Shown piece by piece: positions 26,788 to 38,671 of a stretch of 64,000 bases of DNA. Source of the stretch: Chiloscyllium plagiosum (Eukaryota). The position numbers and the translations under genes are program-made. The notes below the pieces were generated by a model. The model had not been told where the DNA came from. It searched no databases and saw nothing but the letters and a program-made list of their open reading frames with translations. The DNA lies in assembly GCF_004010195.1 (NCBI RefSeq), contig NC_057718.1, forward strand, positions 71,585,486 through 71,649,485, given 5' to 3'. Position 1 is the stretch's first letter. Every line of letters starts with the position of its first letter.

Positions 26788-27428
26788 GGCACCTACTTTG
26801 TATGTGGGAGCAGACCTTATGCCTGGCTACCAACATCCTAGAGGGGGTCATGTTACCTAAGTTATGTGGTCATAACTTAGATAACATGCCATATTTCATT
26901 CCTCCTGGTAAGATCGCAGAGACAGCATAAATGTGCCATTACAGTGTAGCCAAGCTAACCAGGAAATCTACCAATAAAGGAGCTATCCTGGAACAGGTAG
27001 CAAATGATACCTCTCAGGCTCTTCTTAAGATTAATTCTGAGATGGTTGCCATCTGGACCACAGCATTACAGAAGTTAATGGCACTTGATTGGCTTCTGAC
27101 AGTACAGGGAGTTACATGTGCACTCATCGGCAAACAGTATTGCACGTACATCCCAGATAATCCTGAAGAAATTACTGATTTGGCTGATCACTTTCATAAA
27201 GAAATAGTCAAACTCAAACCACCCCTACATTCGACCCTATGGAGTTGGGCAATGGAATGGCTGGGATCCCTGGGAACATCTATTGCCCAAGGAATAATAA
27301 TTTTGGTTGTTATTGTATGTCTGTGTTATTTTATACTTTTTTTTAAAATGTATGACAGCCACAATAACGAAGAGCTAGTAATCAAGAAGATGGCCTTGAT
27401 ACATTTTACCAAAGGAACAAATTACTAA
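26788..27428 (+). pseudogene. env: Endogenous retrovirus env remnant (SU C-terminus and TM, gamma-type)
   Basis: GTYFVCG..YAWLP..*RGSCYL; heptad region, ISD-like ALQKLMALDWLL, CALIGKQYC (decayed CX6CC), hydrophobic anchor IIILVVIVCLCYFILFF. Confidence 0.9.
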
Positions 27429-27609
27429 TGGAACACCAAGTAGAAAATGATCAGTTCATCAAACGACTAGAAGGGGATCATGGAATGTGACACTTCCATA
27501 AGATTATTTAAAGACTAATAATTTTACTGAAACTTTCAGGAATTTGTTGTGGTCCCTTTTCAACTATGTCTCTATAGCCATAATCTGGCCTAGGGCCAAA
27601 GTAGGGAAC

Positions 27610-27830
27610 TGTTGGAGCTTCCCGTTTTTAAGAGACACAAAATGGCTGGAATTTAAAAGCCTGCTTCAATTGACAAATATGGCCTGACTTTAAAAAAAGC
27701 TTACTTCAGCATAGGTATTTGACAAAGTAATTATGCAAACCCAAAAGGAACCATTTTCTGATTGGTGAGATTCCAAAGAATGCAAACACGGTTATAAAGA
27801 AGATTAAAATGGAAATTTGGAAGATTTGTA
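27610..27830 (+). mobile_element. LTR-like repeat B after purine-rich tract
   Basis: ccaaagtagggaac then TGTTGGAG; inverted copy at ~30530-30757. Confidence 0.6.
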
Positions 27831-28494
27831 ACAAAGTGAAATTCTAATTCAAAATTATGAAAATCCTACAATCAGTAATTATTTTAGCCTCATTAGAGAT
27901 GTGTTCAGCCATGGAAACAACAGATAAAGTTATCTTGCAGAAATTAGCTGTCTCTGAAACTATTTACAATATTGATAAGCTATAGTTAGAGATTCTTTAA
28001 ATAATTACAGAGATAGCTACAAACTTTCACAAACCTTGCAAATAGATTTCAACATAATTATAAAATATAGAGATGCCTGGCAGATCTTATCTGATTAGCT
28101 AAAAATGTAAGGAATAAAAATAATTACAAAAATTATAATTATTATTATCATTATGAGTTTTTATAACAGAATTAAGTTCTTTTAAAGGAGTAATGGAATT
28201 TGATTTGAGATATCCGGTACATTGGACAAGGAATTTAAGCAGTTCTCAGAGATAAACAATGAGGGGCATGACCAAACAAAAAGGATGCCAGTAACTTTGG
28301 AATGCAACATACAAAGATCCCAAAGCCTAGAGATTACAGTAATTGTTAAACATCATTAAAAGAAAAGCTAAGAACCTAGGACTGTCTATAGAAGTGTCCA
28401 TTATTGATCTGGTGTTTTACAAGATTCATCTGACAGAAGGGAACGGGTGGGTACAGTAACTATTTTGTTTATGATTATTGTAACAAATTGTATA

Positions 28495-28872
28495 CAAAGA
28501 ACAAAGAAAGAAGTACATTACAGCATAGGAACAGGCCCTTCGGCCCTCCAAGCCTGTGCCAATCCAAATTCTCTATCTAAACCTGTCGCCTATTTTCTAA
28601 GGATCTGTATCCTTTTGCTTCCTGCCCATTCATGTATCTGTCTAGATACATTAAATGATGCTATTGTTCCTGCCCCTACTAGCTCTGCTGGCAATACATT
28701 CCAGGCACCCACCACCCTCTGCGCAAAGAACTTTCCTTGCATATCTCCCCTAAACTTTTCCCCTCTCACTTTAAACTTGTGACCCCAAGTAATTGAGTCC
28801 TCCACTTTGGGAAAAAGTTTCTTGCTATCCAGCTTCTCTACACCTCTCATGATTTTGAAGGCCTCACTCAGG
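28495..28872 (-). mobile_element. CR1 3' fragment
   Basis: GHKFKVRGEKFRGDMQGKFF motif. Confidence 0.9.
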
Positions 28873-29499
28873 TTCTGGCTGACATGAAGTTAGCAAAATT
28901 AAATGTATATATAGGTAAAGTGACATTAAAAAACAGAGTAAATGCAGACCCCCTTTATTTAAAATTAACAGAACAATTAGAGGCAACTGTTTTTTTCTAT
29001 CCTTGAGATGTTATTAATGGTAACAAATGGTGGTATATGAGAGTTATCATATTGGGGTTGGTACCATCCTTTAAAAGCAGAAAAACTAACCTGCTGATTC
29101 TCAGATATCTTGGGTATTTTGATGTCCACCCATTATACCCCATTCTTTGCAGAAGATTTAGTGGCCATGCAAACCCCAATATTTAGGGATTTGCAATTGA
29201 TCCGCTCTGCCACTTCAGATTCATTAAAAGGAACAAGTCTCACAGGGATACTGTCCTACATGCCTCTCAACCTCTAATGGGATTAAAATTGAGGGGAGCC
29301 TACAGACAACATGTTTACACTTAGCTTAATCTATTCTGGCTGCTATTCTGAGGTTGAGGATCCTATTTCTATTGCTTGTTGATCCTATCCGTTGTGGGCC
29401 CCGTTGAGGGAGAGATAAGAGAGACAGAGTACCAGGCTGGACTGTTATACTATTAAGTCCTAAATATCTTCAGATAAGGAGACATTTACCAATTCCATT

Positions 29500-32077
29500 T
29501 CCATTAGCAAGTGTGCTCATGTTTCCTATTAATATTACCTCATGAGGTCTGTCCAATTATGAGAACAAAGCTCCCTTGGTTAGGATTATTTTCACCAGGA
29601 CTTTTGATGCTGCGGCTGGCATTTATGTTTTTCTTGGGCGTCCCTCAGACTCCTAGTCCTTCTCAAGTTGCTGGTCTCATGCCTGTCCGTGATTTATGTA
29701 TAATGTACAAAGGGATTTCATGTAATCCAGACTTGTCCTTTGTTGCTAGACAGTTCTGCGCCCCCTGTGATCAGATCCTGGCAAAGTATCATTGCCCGTC
29801 CTGTCATAAATTCAAAATGTGTTAGTCCAGTGACCCTTGAGGGCATTGCCTTCTGGGCCATCAGAATGGCTGGTAGGGAAAGGGTCCATTTAACCCCTTC
29901 TCTTATTATTGCCTTGGTCAGAGTGTTTTTCAACATTCTATTCATTCTTTCTACCATATCCAAGCTGTGACTCTGTGAAGTGGGATCCTTGGTCTGAGTC
30001 TAATTATAAGGGAACCCCTTATCTGGGTATTATTTCAGTTGCCAATATTTTTACCACCGAGGTTGCAGTACAGTTCTTTGTAGGGAAAGCTTCTACCCAG
30101 TTAATAAACTGGTCCACCATGACCAGTTAGAATTTCTTATTCTGACTTTGTTGGAGTGGACCTATAAATTGCCATGGATGGGGCTGATGGCTCATTTTGA
30201 TTTTAATTCCCTGTCCTGGTTCTGTCTGTGCACATGCCTTGCATCTCTGGCAAAATTTTGCTGTGTCTCTTCCCATTTCTTTCCATAACCAATAATTCAA
30301 TATCAGCTGAATCATTTTAATCCCTTCCTAGTGTGGGTTAATCCATGGTAAATATTACATAGGTCTCTTGGGAAAATGTGGGAGCTACTACCTTACCTTT
30401 CTCTCTTCAAATATCATCTGCTCTTAATGCTGCGGTGTCTTTAATTCATCCTGCTTTTTCCCCTGAGCTGGCTGCTGCTTAAAATATTCCATTCATCATC
30501 TTTGGCTTCTTGCTCTCTCTCAGCTGCTATTTTCCAAATTTTATTTTTAATCTTCTTTATCATTATGTATGCATTCTTTGAAATCTTGCCATTCAGACTT
30601 TTGTTTTTGGCTTGGAATAATAACATTCTCAAGTACCTATTAGTTTTTCTTTATATGCTGAAATGAGCTTTTTTAAAAGTCCAGCTATTCTTGTCAATTG
30701 AAGCAGGCTTTTAAATTCTGGTCATTTTGTGTCTCTTAAAAACAGGCACCTCCAACATAGACCAATCTGTCAGTTTTTTCCATTTTGTAACATTATGTTT
30801 TAACAAAAAAAAACAAGATTACAACCAAAAGTATAACAAATTGCAGTACAACAATCATGTGAGACACAATTCGGATCTACCTGGGTATTCAGTGGAAGGG
30901 TTGAAGGCCACTCTATCATTTTCCTTTGGGACATTGGGGGAATCCCGTACCACCCTGAATATATCTGTTGTAAATAGTGGTTTTATGGGAGATTCTCATG
31001 GAGTGCAAGTTACTGGCCCTTTAAATAGGAGAGTTGAGATAATGCATCTGACATTATTAATAAAATGTTTGGTAATCCTGCTGACAAGGGAATACTTTTA
31101 ATCCTCTTTATCTCTAGCAACAATATCCATGTAGCAAGTCTGTTTTGGTTCACCATGCCATCATTAATATGTTCATCCAGCAGCATCTTACTTCAGCATA
31201 TAAAGAAAAACCAATGGGCACTTGAGAATGAGCATCTGAATGAGTGTATGTTCCATCAAAACTGTCAATGGGTTCAACCCTACTGTGTAGGTAAAATGTA
31301 CTGCCCAGAATACTACCAACAAAAGCCTTTTCACATGCTGTGTACCCTGCTGTATTGGTGTGAGCAAGCATGACGCATCAGCTACTAATCTCAACTGACC
31401 ATGCATGTCTAAGTCCGCCAATATTGTGGAATCTGCTGCAGCTACCACCAAGGAGAAAGGTTCTGTTTGGTTTGGGTTTTTAGGGCAGGAGCATTCATCA
31501 AGCCTTGTTTCAAAGGTATTATTGCTTGTGTGTTTGCTGGCTTCCATTTCCATAATGCATTTTTCTGTAGTAATATAATTAGTGCTGCAGCCTTTGCGGC
31601 AAAACCATCAGTATGGTCTCTACAATCCACAATCAAGCTCAAAAATGATCTTATTCTTTTCACAAATGTAAAGATGGGAAGTATAGCTGCTGGTTCAATC
31701 GTTGTTTGTCTATCTCTCCTTTTCCTGGTGTTTAACACCACTCCTAAATAACTCACTTCCTATCTTATTATCTGAGCCTTTTTTGAGTTCACTTTTAACC
31801 CAAGCTCCTTTAGTTTCAACAATTCATTCAGGAGCTGGTAATGCTCCTGTTTGGTTCCTGTTTGTAGAAGCAAATTATTAACATACTGTATCAGGCAGTC
31901 TGACATAGGATCCCACAACCATTGATAAAATATTGAGGGGGTGTTGTGAAATTCCTGTGGCAAAGCTATCCATATATATTGCTGTCCCTTAGAGGTAAAT
32001 GCAAATTTATATTGGCACTCCTTGGTCAAAGGGATTGACCAAAATCCATTACTTATATTCAGCACTATAAAACTCAA
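29500..32077 (-). pseudogene. pol: Endogenous retrovirus pol remnant (RT, connection, integrase)
   Basis: LNISNGFWSIPL...KFAFT...LPQEFHNTP...QYVNNLLL (RT); LMNAPAL tether; CQRCKAC zinc finger; SDQGSHF and VERMNRMLK integrase core; many stops and frameshifts. Confidence 0.9.
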
Positions 32078-32531
32078 TTAATTTATTAAGCACTTAAATG
32101 AATAACACATGCTTTTACCTGCTGGAGATGTTTCAATTACTATCTTTGTCTACTCTAGGTTCTGGAACTAACACCAAACATCATTACACGGGAGATAGCT
32201 GTTGACAGCTGGCCAGGCTGGTACTCTTCTTGATGTCTTCACCACATCTCCTGACATAGGGTACTTTTTGCAGAGTCAATCTTCAAAATCCTGTTGAAAA
32301 TCAAGGATCTTTTGGGCTGCTTTATGGACAGGTCTGTATGCCATGTGTATGCATTATTTGGAATTAACTGTGCATGTGATCAATCCCAATTGTCTCATGC
32401 TTATTTGGTAGGGACAACGCTTACTGATTTCATGCAACCTTAGCTCTTAGCAGACTCGAATGATTCAGCATAATTCCACTCCCATGATAAAGCTTCTTAT
32501 CAGTTCCTGTTGTCTTCAGCTTTATCCAACA
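32070..32531 (-). mobile_element. ERV LTR-like repeat A, copy 2
   Basis: Direct repeat of 26310-26741; AATAAA on minus near 32083. Confidence 0.7.
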
Positions 32532-33195
32532 AGCAGGTTAGAACGCTAAATGCATTGTTGAATGAGACCAATGGACACAATCAGTTCTGTTTCACTATAA
32601 TTGAGAATGCTTTACACCTCTGGATGAGATGCACCTGAACTGATCTGAAACCAGAGTAAAGGCAGAATAGATAAAAAGTTACTGAACTGATTAGGCTGCA
32701 GGTGGCTAGGAAATAGCATTAATCATTTTCCAAAAATAATTCAAAAGGAAGAATAACAGTCAAAAATTTATGTAATCCTAAAGTAAAATAAAATATATGA
32801 GGTGATTACAACAGGAGAGAGATATACAGTGAGTGAAACAAAAGTTAAAAGGTATGTTAAATGTGAGACCTAAGGCTTTCTTTATACAAACACACGGTGC
32901 ATGCAAATAAATGGAACTGTAGGCACAAAGTCAGCTTGGAAAAGTGTAATGTAATGCCTAATACTGAGACAAAGCTACAAGAACTTCAGGGTTGAAAACT
33001 AAATATAGCAAGTTAAAGTCTGCAGACAAGATGTGGTAGGACAAATATTGGAAACTTTACCAGAGAGATGGAGGAGCATTGAGATATATTAATAACATGA
33101 ATTTGAAAGGAAAATAAATCTTCATCAATCATATTGATTTTGTTTTTGAAGAAAGATAATGCAAATGACATAGATGTAAATAATCTGAGTTTTCA

Positions 33196-33815
33196 TGTTA
33201 TGATGCAGAGGTCAGGCCCCCCTGTTAGTTAAAACCAAACATCCAGACAAGCTCGCCTTGCCTCGTAATCTTTCAAAATGTGAATAAGTGACAGAGAACT
33301 CCTAATTTCCACTATTTAAAGAAAAATAACAATTTATTTTCCTAACTGTAATAGCGAACACTAAACACTAACAAACTGAACACTTTTCCCCTAACTGAGC
33401 ACAATTTCTATTAACATTCTCTTCCAATAACACAATTATTAAATATTACATTAACTTAATCTCAAGTCCACGCAGTCTGTGTTTTCAGTCTTCCATCAGC
33501 TGATCTCCCTGGGTTGTCTTCTTACTTTTTACTGCTTTTACAGGAGAAGGTACCTTTTGATAGAGAGTGTCTTCTAATTTCTTTGAGAACAAGATGTTAG
33601 ATGAACAGTTAGCTCTCCGGCTCTATGGCAATTGCCTTGCTGTTCGGTGGCAGTTGCTCTGACCAAATTTTCAAAATTGAGTCGGGAGTGTGCTGAAGTC
33701 CTCACTTTCTCAAAATTTTCAATATGCCCTGGTTTTATACCCCTTTCAAAATTCAGAAAACACTTTCTATCATAAAGTGAACATACATCCTTTTAACCTC
33801 CCCCCTTAAGATAAA
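33196..33815 (-). mobile_element. Gypsy-type 3' LTR with polypurine tract
   Basis: TGTTATGA at left end; cctcccccctt (PPT on minus) near 33797-33810. Confidence 0.55.
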
Positions 33816-33919
33816 AGTGAACTATCATAATGAAAAGATGGCTATTTTTATTCTCTAATTCTCATACCATTACTATGAAATATGTATGTGATTCCATTCA
33901 TATTAATTCTGCACATGTA

Positions 33920-36900
33920 TAGAATATTGCATTCAATTCTGGTCTCCCTCTTATCGGAGGATGTTGTGAAACTTGATACGGTTCAGAAAAGATTTACAAG
34001 GATGTTGCCAAGGTTGGACGATTTGAGCTATAGAAAGAGGCTGAATAGTCTGGGGCTGTTTTCCCTGGAGCGTCAGAGGCTGAGGGGTGACCTTATAGTG
34101 GTTTATAAAATCATGAGGGGCATGGATAGGATAAACAGACAAGGTCTTTTCCCTGGGGTGGTGGAGTCCATAACTAGATGGCATAGGTTTAGGGTGAAAG
34201 GGAATAGATTTAAAAATGATCCAAAGGGGCAACTTTTCCAGGTAGAGGGTGGTGCTTGTATGGAATGTTTTGCAAGAGGAAATGGTGGAGGCTGATACAA
34301 TTACAACATTTAAAAGGCATCTGGATGGGTATATAAATAAGAAGGGTTTAAAGGGATATGGGCCAAGTGCTGGCAAATGGGATGAGATGAGGTTAGGATA
34401 TCTGGTCGGCATGGATGAGTTGGACCGAAGGGTCTAATTCTCTGCTGTATATCTCCATGACTGCATAGATTAGGCTAGCCAGATGGCTGAACAGTGGCAA
34501 AAGATGAATTTAATACTGAAAAGTATGCAGTGATAAATTTTGGGAAAACTAACAAAGCAAGGGAATACACATTGAATGGCCGAATTCTAGGAACTACAGA
34601 GGATCAAAAGGACCTTAATGCTGGTCCATAAATCCTTGAAGGTGGTAGGACAAGAGCATAAAGTGGTTAAGAATGCATCTAAGAACTTGGCTTTATTGGT
34701 CAAGTAATTGAATACAATAGCAAGGAGATTGTGATGCAATTGTATATAATGTTATTTGGGACGCAGCTGCGTATTATCTTAAGTTCTGTCACCCCAGTAT
34801 AGGAAGGATGTGATTGCACTTGAGGGTGCTAAGAATATTCACCAGAATGTTGTCATTGATTGGACGTTGGCTGGAGGGATTCAGCTATGAAGAGAGACTA
34901 GATAGGTTTGAATTGTTTTTCCTCCAACAGAGAAGGCTCAGGTGATGAGGGGTGAGGGGAGAATCCGAGGGGTGTATGTCGGAAAAACTTTTCTCTTCAG
35001 TACAGAAGTCAATAACCAACAGGCACTGTCTTAAAGAGCAGGAGGTTTTGAGGGTATTTGAGAAATGTATTTTTCACCTAGAGAGTGATGAGTATCTGGA
35101 ATTCACCGCTTAAAAGAATGTAAATAACTGTAATTGTCAAGACATTTATGAACTATTTAGATTAGAAATGCCTTAGCATGCAAGATTATGGGCCAAGTGC
35201 TGGAAAATGGAATCAGAATAGATGGCGGTTTAATGACTGGCACATGATGAGCTGAAGGGCCTCTTTCTGCGCTATGAAAACTCTGATTCTGAGAGAACTG
35301 GTCAGATCTCCACTTTCTGAGGAGCTGTCATTCTGACATCTGGAGTCAAATCACACTTTACTTCAGCAAGGCATTTGATAGGGTTCCCCATGGTAGGCTC
35401 ATTCATAAAGTCAGGAAGTATGGGATGCAGGGTGATTTGGCTATCGGGATTCAGAACTGGTTGACTGACAGAACGCAGAGAATGGTTGTAGATGGAAAGT
35501 ATTCTGTCTGCAGGTCAGTGTTGAATGGGCTCTGTTCTTGGGCCTCTGCTCTTTGTAGTTTTTATAAATGACTTGGATGAGGAGGTTGAGTGGTGGGTTA
35601 GTAAATTTGCAGATGACACAAAGGTTGGAGGTGCTGTTGATAGTATCGAGGGCTATTGTAGGCTACAACGTGACATAGACAGGATGCAGAGCTGGACTGA
35701 GAAATGGCAGATGGAGTTCAACCTGGGTAAATGTGAAGTGATGCATTTTGGAAGGTCGAACTTAAATGCTGAATATAGGATTAAAGGCAGGATTATTGGC
35801 AGTGTGGAGGAACAGAGGGATCTTGGTGTTCAAGTGAGTAGATCCCTCAAAGTTGCCACCCAAGTGGATAGGGTTGTTAAGAAAGCATATGGTGTTTTGG
35901 CTTTCATTAACAAGGGGAATCGAATTTAAGAGCCACAAGGTTTTGCTACTGCTCTACAAGTTCCTGGTGAGACCACACTTGGAATATTGTGTCCAGTTCT
36001 GGTCACCCTGCTATAGGAAAGATACAGAAGCTTTGGAGAGGGTGCAAAGAAGGTTTACCAGGATGCTGCCTGGACTGGAGGACTTGCCTTATGAAGAGAG
36101 GTTGACTAAGCTCGGACTTTTCTCTCTGGAGAGAAGGAGGAAGAGAGGTGACCTGATAAAGGTATACAAGATAATAAGATGCTAAGTTCGGTACCCATAG
36201 GGAGGGCCTCAACCGGGACCTTGGGTTCATGTCACATTACAGGTGATCACCATTGCACTACACACATGCACAGATATTCCTACACACACACACACACTCT
36301 CACATACACACGGACAGATACACACAGACGCGCACACAGACACCCACACACACCCTTATAGACACACAGACTCCCACACATGCACCCCCTCACAGACCTA
36401 AGACACTCTGCACTCACTACACACACACACACACACACAAACACACACANNNNNNNNNNNNNNNNNNNNNNNNNNNNNNNNNNNNNNNNNNNNNNNNNNN
36501 NNNNNNNNNNNNNNNNNNNNNNNNNNNNNNNNNNNNNNNNNNNNNNNNNNNNNNNNNNNNNNNNNNNNNNNNNNNNNNNNNNNNNNNNNNNNNNNNNNNN
36601 NNNNNNNNNNNCTAGTGTGCTTCCAATTAAACCTGTTGGACTATAACCTGGTGTTGTGTGATTTTTAACTTAAGATATTGATAGAGTCAATAGTCAGAGA
36701 ATTTTCCCCAGGGCAGGATTGACTGGCACGAGGGGTCATAGTTTTAAGATATGAGGAGAAAGGTATAGAGGGGATGTAAGAAGATGGATCTTTCCGCAGA
36801 GAGTTGTGAATACATGGAATGCATTGCCAGTGGTGATGGTGGTGGAAGCAGAGTCATTAGGGACATTTAAGCGACTGCTGGACGTGCACATGGATAGCAG

Positions 36901-36960
36901 TGAATTGAGGGGTGGGTAGGTTAAGTTATTTTATTTCACAATATTAATCCTCGGCACAAC
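33920..36960 (+). mobile_element. Cluster of CR1 RT/3' fragments with a Penelope-type (CA)-rich insert at ~36180-36672
   Basis: SVLGPLLF...[10 protein letters not shown] and C-terminal motifs; CR1 resumes after 36672. Confidence 0.85.
36450..36611. other. Assembly gap after (CA)n
   Basis: N run. Confidence 1.
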
Positions 36961-37014
36961 ATCGTGGGCTAAAGGACCTGTTCTGTGCTGTACTTTTTTA
37001 TGTTCTATGTTTTT

Positions 37015-37318
37015 TTTTAGATTAGATTACATTACAGTGTGGAAACAGGCCCTTCGGCCCAACAAGTCCACACTGACCCGCCGAAGCGCAACCCACCCAT
37101 ACCCCTACATTTACCCCTTACCTAACACTACGGGCAATTTAGTATGGCCAATTCACCTGACCTGCACATCTTTGGACTGTGGGAGGAAACCGGAGCACCC
37201 GGAGGAAACCCACGCAGACACGGGGAGAATGTGCAAACTCCACACAGTCAGTCGCCTGAGTCGGGAATTGAACCCGGGTCTCTGGCGCTGCAAGGCTGCA
37301 GTGCTAACCACTGGGCCA
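37015..37318 (-). mobile_element. Young V-SINE
   Basis: Near-identical to copies at 18716 and 60559. Confidence 0.95.
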
Positions 37319-37659
37319 TGTTCTATGTTTAAACCTGACAAAAACCAGTTTATCTTTCCTCCACAAGTTGCTGTAAGTTGTAATGTTTAAATTGATAAGT
37401 CAGAGATCTTCTGTAAGTAAACCAACCACACTGTGTTTTTTGAAAAACTGTGGGAACATTTATAAACGAAGGCCAATAAGAAATGTTCTGATCAGCAAGA
37501 ACCAAGCAACAAGTTTAATTTGTGATGGTTTATTACTGTTTACTTGTACCTAGAATCTAATTACTTGTAATAATAGTAAATCTTAAGAAACCTGGTTTGT
37601 ACATTTTATCAACTTGGATCAGAGCATCAGGTAAACTTGACAATTTTCTGTATGAATCA

Positions 37660-37930
37660 TAGAATTCTGCCTTTCAAGTGTGCACTGAATCTCCGAAGAG
37701 CATCTGCCCAGACCCAGTCCCCACCTATTCTATTCTTGTAACCCTGCATTTACCATGGCTAATCTATCTAGCCTGCAAATCCTTGGACACGATGGGGTAA
37801 TTTAGCATGGCCAATTTATCTAAGTTGCATATCTTGGAACTGTGGGTGGAAACTGGAACATCCAATGGAAATCCACACAGACACAGGGAGAATGTGCAAA
37901 CTCCACACAGCCAGTCACCCAAGGCTAGAA
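37660..37930 (-). mobile_element. Older V-SINE
   Basis: Diverged V-domain. Confidence 0.75.
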
Positions 37931-38399
37931 TTACCATGCCATGTATGCATCTTAAAGTCTTTGACTTTTAGATAATGTTGGAAATAGCAGGGCTTGATTT
38001 CCAGCATGTTACCCGAGTGAGTCATGACAACACACAGAATATTTCCTCCTAAATGAAAGACGTTGCTCTGAGACAATCACTAAGTAATTCAATAGAAAAT
38101 TCAATTGAAACTTCTTTACCCAGAGTGGTGAGAATGTTAAACTTGTTATCACAGGGGATGGTTGAAACAAACAGTACAGACGTATTTAAGGAGAAACAGA
38201 TGAAGAGGAGAAGAATATCAGATAGAGAATTAATAGTTGACAAAAGAACTGGCAAAGACTGATTAGGATAAATGTCTTGCTTTGTGCTGTGCATCCTATG
38301 TAATCTAATATAAAAGACTGGGTAAATGGCACATGGGAAGAAGCAGCATGTTTATCAATTTTTTCCTTATTTTGTCTTCTGAGGCAGTTAGTGGAAATA

Positions 38400-38612
38400 A
38401 GAGTCTAATGACCATGAATCCATCGTTAATTGTCGGAAAAACCTATCTGGTTCACTAATGTCCTTTAGGGAAGGAAATTGTCATCCTTACCTGGCCTGGC
38501 TTACATGTGACTCCAGTGCCACAGCAAAGTGGTTGATTCTTAACTACTCTCTGGGCAATTAGGGATGGACAATAAATGTTGCCACATCCTGTAAATGAAT
38601 ATTTTTTAAAGA
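38400..38612 (+). mobile_element. SINE/L2-type 3' region, family uncertain
   Basis: tctggttcactaatgtcctttagggaagg...ggcaattagggatgg..aataaa recognised as a common elasmobranch repeat end. Confidence 0.5.
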
Positions 38613-38671
38613 ATCATTAGCTTTAACTATTTTCTTTACCTGTTTTTGACGTTTTAACTGGAACCCAGGTC

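Noticed and set aside
26931..27428. Open 165-aa env TM frame as a domesticated syncytin-like gene
   Set aside because: SU has a stop and is mostly missing, fusion peptide appears deleted, CX6CC and ISD are mutated
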